NCBI GenBank assembly: GCA_964035545.1
Contig: OZ037771.1
Span: 5,985,190 to 6,049,189 of the forward strand
Source: Bugula neritina
Lineage: Eukaryota > Animalia > Bryozoa
Direction: 5' to 3'
Length of the DNA: 64,000 nt
The notes beneath the pieces were generated by a model, which saw nothing but the letters and a program-made list of their open reading frames with translations, ran no database searches and had not been told where the DNA came from. This document shows positions 1 to 24,900 of this stretch, in pieces. The position numbers were made by a program, and so were the translations under genes. Each line of letters starts with the position of its first letter. Position 1 is the stretch's first letter.

Positions 1-660
1 TACAGAGTGTGACAGATGTAGATACAGTAGGTTTAGAGCTCCAGTTGCTCCATACACACTAGTTATAGTAAACGCTTATAATATGAAAAGCCAACTGTAA
101 ATAAAGCTAAGCAACTAAGCCCTTGCGTTAAACCAAAAAACTTGAAACCCAAGCAGAACAAAATCTAACTGTTTTGCTTAACAAATTTACATTCACTGGA
201 CCGCACAGTGACTTACATGTAATACCACAGTGACTTACATGTAATACCACAGTGACTTACATGTAATACCACAATGACAATAAAGACCACACATAATTAG
301 TTGTCAAAACATCCGGGTTAGCATTTTACCTGCGATATACTAACTTGAGAGTTACTACGAGAAATAGAGTGCACGCTACAATAACCAATAATGCAATTTT
401 GTTGATACAAAATTAAAAAAATATGCATTCTGAACAGTACCAAATATTCTTGATGAAAACATGGCATGTATAAGAGTTAAGCAGGTAAACTACCCACCAT
501 AATCGGGAATGTAGAATTCCAGAGATGTCATGATTAAAAATATAATAATCATTCCAATCGCTCTCCTGTACATAACTAAATTATGTCAAACTTTATTGAC
601 CACTTAAATAACATAAAATGACTGCAACATGGTGGGTATTAATTGAGTGAGTAATCCTAA

Positions 661-14392
<13,732 letters not shown>

Positions 14393-14669
14393 CTTTTCAA
14401 TTGTTCACCTTTAAATAAAACTTAAGGTTACGTGTTTTTTGCAAAAGTTACCAAAATTAAGGCCGGTCAAATTCAATAGAAATACATGACTAAATTTGTA
14501 AAATTACACGTGTTTTGAGTCTTGTGAAAGCGATTTTGTTGTCGAGTAAATATGTAACTTTTAACTTACAATCCATGTATTCTACAACTTATATATTCTA
14601 CAATATAGCCAAACGAAAGTGCCCTAAAACTTCATAATTTTTCAAATATTATTTAGCTTTCCATAATTC

Positions 14670-15090
14670 CTTTTTACCCTCTATTTTTCCCATGCAAAGT
14701 ATTATCAGCATGGCCTAAGTTGTTAAAAGATGTACAACACATCAGGTGGTAGAAAACTTTAAATGTGTCTGATATGTGATTATAGGCAAAACATTTAAGT
14801 AGAATGTAGATATTGCTTTGCAAAATTCCTTATCACCGGTGCTACTATGCTTACATCATTCCATTCACTTCTGGTTATCCAATCAAAGTTGGGCACAAAG
14901 CTAGGAATGACTGTGTAAACTCTATCAAGTTTTATCTCATTAAAATATCTTGATGCTTGTCCAACTATAAATTGCACACTGGACAGAGGTTAGTAAATAG
15001 AACAGGCATCCTTTGTGTACCAAATGCCATCATGAATGTCTAAGGGTTTAATAAAAGCTAATATATAAAATTTGAAGGAAGAGAAAGCAG
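14670..15090. repeat. Dispersed repeat, copy 2 (copy 1 at 10500-10925)
   Basis: Same shared blocks as the copy at 10500-10925. Confidence 0.85.
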
Positions 15091-17263
15091 ACTTGGGAGG
15101 TTATCTGCAACTTTTCTGACAGTTTATGACAAAACTTAAAAAACACAGCAGCACAGTTAAACCTTCGAGCTGTTTATTAATGTGTTTGAGACTATGATAA
15201 ATGCTGCCACTAATGGGGACCACATTTGAAGTATCGAGACACTGTGAATTGTATCACTGTACAGTATGGAAAGTCTTAATAATTGATGACAAATATGAAA
15301 CTTGAATAAATCTGATGTTGAAAACTAATCTTCTCCTAAATTTACCACAAGAGGAAGAAGGGGGTAGGATTGCCTGGTAATTCAACTACACAGTCGCAAT
15401 GTGAAACTATTTTCACTTTAGATTACAGTGAGCTGTAACTATAATTTTGTAGCTCAAAAACATGCCATGAGCTGTCAGATTATGTACAATGTAGTGTAAT
15501 ACACTGTAGATAAGGAGCCCAAAGTTAGCTTTGCAGCTGTTATAATTCACTGAAGCCATTGCCAAGTAACCTCACTCTACTTTGACTTAACAATGGGTCA
15601 GTTTAATTTACTTGCATATGCCCTTCCCTCCACTTGAAATACCATATCGAATTTACTAAATTTGAATTTTGCTAAAACTTACAAAAGCTCCAGTTAGTAG
15701 AATTTATTGAAAATATCACATCATAAATGGGCGTTAAACCCTTACACGACTTAGCTGTTTATTAGAGTAAGGTTTAGCAGAATGGTTAATAATTATTAAC
15801 TGCTATTTTTTTTATTTGAAATTGCCTTTTTAGAGAAAAATGTTTGGCGAAAATGTGGACAGCCAAAACATGCTAAAATTAAAAGCACTCAGCACTGTGC
15901 CATAGTAATGGAATACCAATACTGAGCCTTGTAGTATCAGTTATACTGACTGATGTTCATAGCAATACACTTAGTTGTTATATTTGAGAGGGTTTTACAG
16001 TAATACCTATTTGATACACCACAATAACAGCAATGATAAATGAGAATATTGATATTGAGAGCCATTATTAATATAAGCAATTATAGTTATTTTACAACAA
16101 TTAGTATTACTATAACTATGTGAATGACAAAGGAGACATTTACATTAAACCCAAAAGTAAATGCAAACTAATATAAAATTATGGCTATATTTATAGCATA
16201 TAAATAATAATCATATATTTTTATCATTATAATAATTAATAATATTACAGATTATCATAATATAATTAAATTCAATATCAGATTAAAGTAAACTTAATGT
16301 TATCAGATAATATCACTTACAATCTTAATTACAATGTCATTATCATTATGATTATCATCAAAATGTACATTTCCATATTCTTACTCAAGTCACATACTGA
16401 TGATATTAATAGTAATACAAAAAATACAATAGTGAATAAAATATCATTATTATGGTCATTATAGAAGCACACTGATACTGTTACTATAACTATGCTTATA
16501 TTTATTAATATTATTATTATTATTATTATCATACGTATGGCTTTAAGTTAATATTAATATAACTAATCATAATTTTAATCACATTTCAATAATAATGACC
16601 ATCACTACGATTATGAGTAGCATAAAATTAAATAGAAGCTATAATAATAATTATACTTATTCTTATTACTACTTGTTGTTGCAAATTATTCAATATATTT
16701 ATTATTGATAAAATGATTTAAATTAATTTACTTTTACTTTTTGATTTAGTTTTAGTGATACTATCAGCATCTGTCTAACTCTATGACTATGAGTATGAGT
16801 ATCACTGATACTAATATTCAGACCTAGAGACAAATTGAGATTCAAATTGAGATACTCATACCCATAATGATAATCTCACTGATACTGACTTACAGTTACA
16901 ACTTACTGTGATAGTCAATGACTTAAAGTTAATCACTGAATGAGTGAACTTGAAAGTCAAAGTGAAAGTGAAACTGAATGTAATACTTATAGTTATAGTT
17001 ATGTTATACTCATAGTCTCATACTGATAGTCAGATTTATTTTAATTTTTATATTACGTCAAATAAACTGAAACGTTATTGAATATTGACCAAATAGTAAT
17101 ATATTTATTGTTAGCCTACTGCAACTGTCTTGTGTTATGTCTGGTGTGTCATCATCATGTGAATGAGTATGACTATCACAAACGCTAAGAAGAATATCGG
17201 TAGAAGCAGCACCAAGTTGGGAATGACTGGGTACAGTCTTTTTAATGATGCACATCGGTACAC

Positions 17264-17420
17264 CTGCAAGACTATTTCTTCCGTTTGAACTAATGCATTT
17301 AGTGACCGCCATTTCGGTGCTGTTTTAAGCGATTGCTTTTTCTATTAAGGGCACGTGAGTGACAGCCACTGAACTGAAACTATAGTTCAATGGTGACAAC
17401 TTTTAGAGCTGATTGGCTTA
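17264..17420 (-). promoter_or_regulatory. Putative non-coding first exon and core promoter of the ABCC gene
   Basis: Donor CAG|GTGTAC at ~17263 on the - strand; locally higher CpG; CACGTG E-box at ~17353 and a CCAAT box (gattgg, ~17411). The coding exon at 14280-14408 begins at an acceptor, so an upstream UTR exon is needed. Confidence 0.4.
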
Positions 17421-19269
17421 CGGTGTGTTTGTTTAAATAGCCTATGTGTAAATACTAGCCTTTACTAAAATGAATGACACCACTTCAGGGCTCCGTAAAT
17501 GTTACTGTTTCTCAGCTAACCCATGACATCGAAGTAGGACACTAGAATATAATGATTGATCCTCACCATAATAATAGCAGTAGCAGAATTTCTTGAAGAT
17601 ATCACCCATCATTTTATATGAACAGGATTAAATAATATTTTCTATTTTGACTTCAATATGAAAAAAAACTGTACAAATAACTCCAGCAGTAGTAAGATGC
17701 AAAAAAGTGCAGAAACCCTTATTGTTTTTTGTGTGCTACTAATGAAATTAAAAAGTTTTATTTTCCCCTAACTAATATAATGTTATCTAGCCTAAATTGT
17801 TACCCAAATAAGCTAATAGTCACAACTCACAAGCTTCCTGGATTGGCTTTAAACAGTTATACCTTTTTATTTGAGAGCTTAAAGTTCAAAACTATTCAAC
17901 TTGATATTCAATTGCAATTAGATTTTTTAGCTGGCATACTTCAGTAAGTATCAAATCTTCTATATAAAAAGTCCTAAAGTGAAAATCTTGACGGATTATT
18001 TAAACCTAAATGTATTTATGATCAAAATAAAGCATATTAAATGTTTACAGTTATAACCAAAAGTGTCACATATATAAGTATTACAGAATATTTACTGGCA
18101 TCACAAATCTTTTCATTACAACATACAAGCTACAAATAGGGCTGCAGCAAGCACAGTTGTTAGCATTGTAAAAACAACAAAAATATACCATCATATATTT
18201 TTGCCATCAAAATTGAAAGCAGATAATTTAACATCATAGTTATATTACTAGGAGTATAATATGGCAGATTCCCCATTGTTATATATGTAGCACTTCATCG
18301 AAAGCACTTTAGGATCAACATGATAGCTATTTGCATAAATTATACCTTATGTATACATGATCTATTGAATTCAGACTGTGGAAGATGAAATATTCTATAA
18401 AGATGTAGCATATACCAGCATATAAACAGCTCTTCTCTTTCGTCTAATCAATTCTGCTGGTTCTCAATGTAAGTACATTTCTGTTAGTTACCAATGGAGA
18501 CGTGACGAGGAACTTTTGTCATCAGGTTGTGTCAGTAACCATGTGATGGTGGCCGTCTGTCAATTATACTACTATATACTTAATGTAGAAGTGTGGATAG
18601 TAGTTAACACAGGATAGATGTCTGATGTGTTGGTAGCAGATAGTCATAAACTTGACAAGCTTTTGAATTGTAAATTTGTGCAGTTATTTAACATTCTAAC
18701 TTCTTGATATAATGAAATCACTTTCCGCAAGAAAGTAAAGGACGTAAGATATGCTGACTTGTATATTAGAAGTTAAAGTAATGACCATCTCATGCATCCT
18801 TTTATAGCTTTTAGTAATGATATTATTTTATACTTATAATATTGCTTAGTGAATATACAGCAGATATACAGTGATGATGGTAGTTATGCGACTACAATTA
18901 TAACTAATTATATTTTGCTCAGTATTTACAAGGTGATATAGGGCAGTATGCACGTACCAATGAAAGGTTAAATATGTTCTCTGCAAGATTATTTTAAAAA
19001 TCATTCAATTTTAGTTTTTCTAGTACAATAATCAGCCAATATACTCATTTTAGCATTGAGATAGAAATGTTCTAGTACAAATTACACATTGACTCTTTAA
19101 AAAGTTGCAATAGACTTTGCTTACTTTTTAACATACTACTTCTTTGAAACTAAATTGGTGGCCCTGGAAAGGGCCATTGAGTGTATTTTATGGATTTTAA
19201 TAGCCTTAACATGCCGGAAATTTTGCAGATAACACTTTTAACCAGGATTGTGTAAGGAGCTTAATCACA

Positions 19270-19700
19270 GAGAATCTTTGCAGAAAAAGTTGACTGCACA
19301 AAGAATAGTTTTGACCATTGGAAGGAAACTGGAGGGTTAGGTGAGTGTGAAGGTAAAAGGAAGATTACCATGTGAAGGTTAGTCAGGCTTTTTATCTCCC
19401 TGGCCAGCATTTCATTAGCCCTTAGTTGAGCAGAGACCTTAGAGAATCTTTTGAAACTCAACTGGCACCAGTCCTGTGTGATATTAGTTTAAGAGGTCAC
19501 AGAGCCAGAAGAGAATATCTCGTAATTGAGTACCAATGGAAGGCACAAGTGGCCAGGCCTAAAAAGCACCAGACATGGACACCCCAGAAGTCCCAGAAAA
19601 ATTTTTAGTGATGAAAGCATTTTTGTTACTGAACTCAAATGCATAAATAATAGCTAGCTTGGAAAAACAATCTGACAATTTCTATGACATTCTACAAAGT
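19270..19700 (+). mobile_element. Degenerate Tc1/mariner transposase remnant
   Basis: Translates as ...LRGHRARREYL...WKAQVARPKKHQTWTP... followed, after a frameshift, by FSDESIF. This matches the Tc1 pattern 'W.KKH..WT...FSDESKF' around the first catalytic Asp. Confidence 0.7.
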
Positions 19701-20141
19701 ATAGGATTTATATGGAACTGCCATTATTCATACATAGTATAATAAGATGACTAATCAATGTAAACAAGTGTTGCACAACAATAAATTGCCCTAAAATTGC
19801 AAGCTACACTACTAAGTACTAAAGTACTAAGTACTAAATAGGCAGGCTAGTGTCAAAAGAGTATAATATAAAATAATTTATAGAGTAGGATTTGTGACAA
19901 CTGATCCGGACATAATTATTTAAAAAGTTGTGTATTTATAACGCATTTATTGGTCTATGGAGAGCAACAGACTTCGTTGTGATACTAAGGAGTAAGTAAG
20001 GGCTGCTCTTGGTATTACAGTTAGGAGTTATCTACCTTTGTACAGCATCTATTAAATTGCATTACGTAAAACAATCACTTGAAGAAAATTCAAAGTATAC
20101 AACAAACCCTGAATACCTCAGTTTATCAATTAAATGCAGAC

Positions 20142-23100
20142 ATGGATGATGAAGAACGTGTCTTAGTGATTGCTCATAGAATCTTGACTGGGATATTATC
20201 TGTGCTGAGTATAGGGAACTTAGTGAGTCATTTTAAATAATTACTGTTTTCATGCTGCTTCCTCATTTGTATCTGTTGCTGTGGTCTTGCTGGTTCCATC
20301 AGTTTGCTTTCACTTCCTGTATATACAGACTTTAAGTCAGGTCCAACAACTCTAGCACTTCCAGAATTTTAATGCCTCGCTAGCCTCATTTCAACTTAAA
20401 ATGTTTTCTGCATGTTACTTTAAATATCGTATAAAGTTTTGGGGCTAACTTTTACAAATATCAAGCCAAATGGCAACAAACCTTGCAAGTAGTTACAAAT
20501 TTAAGCTTGCTCTGTTTGCTTTACCAATTTAAACTCACAATTAGAACATTGTTGTTCTCTGAACGCTAGACTTAAAAGTCTGGACACCACACATGTTACT
20601 GAGTGGTAGAGTTTAGAGTTTAAAGCAGATACCTGCATATCTGTTTACATGCAGGTACAGCCATTACCCACAGTCCTCATACTATGTTTATGATACCTTA
20701 TACAATAATGATTACTATGTACGCTACATACTATATACTAATACTAGCAACTATCTGCACTATATATTATATATTATATACCATATACTATATATTATAA
20801 TTAGTATACCATATACTATATAATATAATTAGTCTACTATATATACTATATATTATAATTAATATACTATATACTATATACTATAATTAATATACTATAT
20901 TATATTTCATACTATATATTATATTCTCTATATTTCATACTATATGCTGTATACTATATATCATATATTACATATTTTTCATAACTTCCACAAATAAGAA
21001 TAAAGTTACAAATTTTCTACCCAACTCTAGTTACCAAATGCTCACCTGTATTTACCTGCTGTATCCTTTCAGCTCACTGGAGCAGCGGTGGTGGGGATGG
21101 GCATATTCATTCTGCTAGACTTGAGTCCACAATATGGATATAACTATATCATGTATTTTGCCCACTTATACGGCTTCAACCAGAAACCAGGCATTTTCAA
21201 GGCAGCCCTTCTGATGGTTGTTGGTGGTTTAATGGTTATTGTGTACGGAATAGTTAGTCTGGTAACTTTCTGCAGGCGAAGCTACAAATATATGTTCACA
21301 GTAAGTGTAGAGCTAATAGAAACAATGGTATGGCACTGCTAGCTTCATTATATAACATTATATTATATTTTAATACTCTTTTGGTTTTTTTCGTAACTAT
21401 GTACTGACATGCATACACAGTGTGTAGAATTTGTGTACTTTGAAATTAAAATTGTTACCAGATAAAAACAACATAAGCTCCATTTCCTAACCCAGTCTAT
21501 TTTTAATTCTATAATTTATATAAACTTTTACATGAAAATTAATTCGCATTATAAATTGAGTCTTGAATCAATTAGGACTAAAATATAAATCTAGTTTTGC
21601 AGCTGTCTGTGTAACTGAAAACAGTCATATCTCTATAATTTTGCAGCACATAATTCTATTGATGGTTTGCATTGCAATTGAAGTATCAATCGGAGTGTAT
21701 GTCGTACGATTTCAACAAGAGGTACATATTATATACTTAACTTTGTTTACAAGCCTTAAAACATGTGCACTTCTAGTTATAGGTGTGCAGTAATGATATA
21801 TCGGAGGCAGAATTTTTGAGTTTCAAGTTTTTAAGCAGTGAGGCAGGGCCAAGCTCAGAAAATTTCAAAAAGCCACAATCTTTGAATTCTGAAATGCAGT
21901 GTTTATTTTAGACCCATATAGCCTAATCGTTATCCATTATGATTTTTCTGTTATTAGTTAGCATAAGCCTGTTTAACTGCTCATCAAACTAAGAGGCTGG
22001 TCATATATATGGACTTTTAAGGCACCATGCTTAGCTTTCGGATCGCCGTAGATCATAATCATGAATTTCTGCTCTTGAATTATGAAGATGTTGCTATGGT
22101 TTAAATTTTGTAGGCTTACAGAATTCAGAAATTAAGTTTTTAAATTAGGTTTTTTAAAGCAATTTCTACAGTTTTTCAACAAATGACTGTAACTTTAAAA
22201 ATATGCCCCTAAACAACTATGATACAGCTAACACGCTGACCAGATGTTATAATAACTCACAACGCATGAGAACAAATATTCCAGGTTTATGCTTGGGTAA
22301 ACCTACAGACTTATTTTGCAAAGTGACCTGCAGATAATATTAACATTTAATTAGAATAAAAAATGACTAGATCTCAGACTAGATAACTTTGTTATAAGCC
22401 AGAGGCTCATAGAGTTTTTAGCAAGAATGTAAATTCAGAAGTTTATTGTGAACTAGATTCACTAGATGGTGTTATTCAAGTAGAAGTATTTGAATTTAGA
22501 TTGATAAAAGTTTGGGAAAGTTTTTGATGTGGACGATTAGGGAGCAGTATGAGATGAATGAGAATACAACACATTACTACTTGTCAGCCTGGAACCATGT
22601 GCAGAAAGAGGTGCTGATTCAGTTCTCCATCCTATGTTTCCTATGCTTTGTTTCCCATGCTTTGTTTCCCATGTTTTGTTTCCCTTGTTTTGTTTCCCAT
22701 GTTTTGTTTCCCATGTTTTCTTTCCCATGTTTTGTTTCTCATGTTTTGTTTCTCATGTTTTGTTTCCAATGCTACGTATTAGTTAATGATTTCCATGCTA
22801 CGTTTTCCATGCTAGCTATCATAATAAAATGCCTTATTTTAATCACGGATTATACATTAAAAAAATACATGAAACAATTAATTTATTAGATAATTTAATA
22901 TGCAACAAATTAAGTGCAACTCAAATCAACACACTCCCAGCAGCATTAAGTGCAGATGCGAAAACTTGTACTCTATCATATTATGTCACGTTGTTTATAT
23001 TTCCTTATCGATAAATCTAACCTGAATGGTCACGTGTGGTTTTTTATTGGACTAACTTGAAGCTGCATATAAGCTAGCCTATATTCTGTTGTGCAGTATA

Positions 23101-24164
23101 TGTGTTGTGGGGCCAACAATGGGTCTGATTGGACGTTGGCAGAAAGATGGGACAGAGACACTAAAGTTCTTCTTTCCAACGGTTCCTACGAACAGCTCAA
23201 CCTGACAGTTCCAGTATCATGCTGCAGAATGCTGTCCAAGTCTCAGCTACACACCAAGTGGTTTGGTCTTTTGCTCACATCAGAAGGTTCATAGACTTTG
23301 TCAAAGTGCACAATCTAATAAATAAAGTTTTACATTTAGATCTGTAAAGTACTGTACGATTAATATTATAACATTTATTTAAATTTATTATGTTAACTGA
23401 ATCTGTTACCCCTTTTCTAAAAACATTTGTTATATTTCATGATTCCAGAAAAATTAGAAATGAGAGATTCAGACTCAGAACTCTATGACCAGCCATGTTT
23501 GCACACACCAACAGCTTACAACAGTTATATAGAGACTGGATGTGAGAAATCTCTAGCTAAGCACATGCTTCATTACAACGCTGTTATCCTCAGTGGAGCT
23601 GTCGTCCTCACTGTTGCTCAGGTGAGAGATATGTAGAATGCAGATACGCCACCAATGATTTCAGAAATGTTGAAAACTTAAATACTAATGATAACCTCTA
23701 ACGAAAAGTTTTTTAGTAGGCTATTATAAAGGCATATAATTAGCTTGGCAAACATGTCCTGTACATGCAACGAATTCATCTATAAGGTCTGAATTTCTCA
23801 ACTCATCTAACTTAAGAAAAGAAACACATTTTTATACCTTTTGTATCTGATATTTATTTGCTTTGCTAAATTTAGAAATAAAACACTAGCCACTGTAATC
23901 TTTTATATCACTAAAATAAATAGAAAATGTCTCATTTGGTAAGACTTGCTTATTTAGGCTTTGGGAATTCCACTCACAATAATATTCTTCAAAAGTGGAA
24001 AGAAGCCGACAAACCAAGCTGGGAATCCCTGTGCAGGCATTATTTCAGAAAATGAAAAAATGGGTTTTCAGTCATCAAGACTAAAGTTTCGTGAAAGGGA
24101 GGTGAAGAAAAAGTACACATACTTCGATGATGACTTTGATGACAAATGGGAGTCTCCATTGTAG
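20142..24164 (+). CDS. Tetraspanin family protein (divergent)
   Basis: Exons 20142-20222, 21073-21300, 21647-21721, 22500-22610, 23097-23286, 23449-23621, 23958-24164. Four hydrophobic segments; large extracellular loop with W..VQ, CCG motif (YMCCG), PVSCC and GC before TM4; stop TAG at 24164. Confidence 0.88.
22630..22770. repeat. ~14-bp minisatellite after a tetraspanin donor
   Basis: Unit CCCATGTTTTGTTT, about 20 nt after the donor at 22611. Confidence 0.85.
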
Positions 24165-24900
24165 CTGTCGTTGAATGGGACTAAAATAACAACAGTGTAT
24201 ACCCTTTTAACAGGGCTATAGCAACTCATAATGCTACTAGTTCTTTTTTTTAGTAATTTAAACAGTTTTTTGTTTATTTGAGTTTTTTGAGCAATTATCC
24301 TGATTATTTTGCTTTAATGTCAGTTTGTGTTTTGGTGCTTTAATCTACAATCTTTAAAACTATGTATTATATACTTGGCATAAATAATTTTTTCATTGAG
24401 AAAAAATAAAACTATAATAAAAGCGAGCTTAGGGAAATAAATTGACTCTAGATTTTATAGGCTAAATTATAACAGATTTTTGTAAAGTTTGTAATAAAAT
24501 CAAGAGGAATACAGCGTTGTCTATCGGAAAGATGACTGCCTTCACAGCTGTGGACTCTTATCCCCAAGATAAGTGCAGGTTTGACAGTTTTGAAGGTACT
24601 AATATCTAACACTTAATCAGACCAACTAACATGAAATTAATATAAAAAATAAAGCAGCCATAATATTGCATTTTGTCCTCCAGGCTCCAGGGTTCTTTCA
24701 AGTCCTGCTTCACACAATCTTTATTGCTTTGCCTTGTGTCGTTTTCTCAGCCATCTTCATGCATGTTACACAAACTACTGTATATAATATATATACTATA
24801 TATATTATGTATTACATAACTTCCATTTCATTTGGAGAGTAGATGCATTTCATCTAGGGCAGTAGCAACGTCGCCTCTGATAGTCACTGCAGATATTGAC

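Noticed and set aside
330-375. Possible 46-nt ABCC linker exon (SVHSISRSNSQVSISQ)
   Set aside because: Flanked by AG/GT, but I could not find a phase-compatible donor on the preceding exon, so it is left unassigned.
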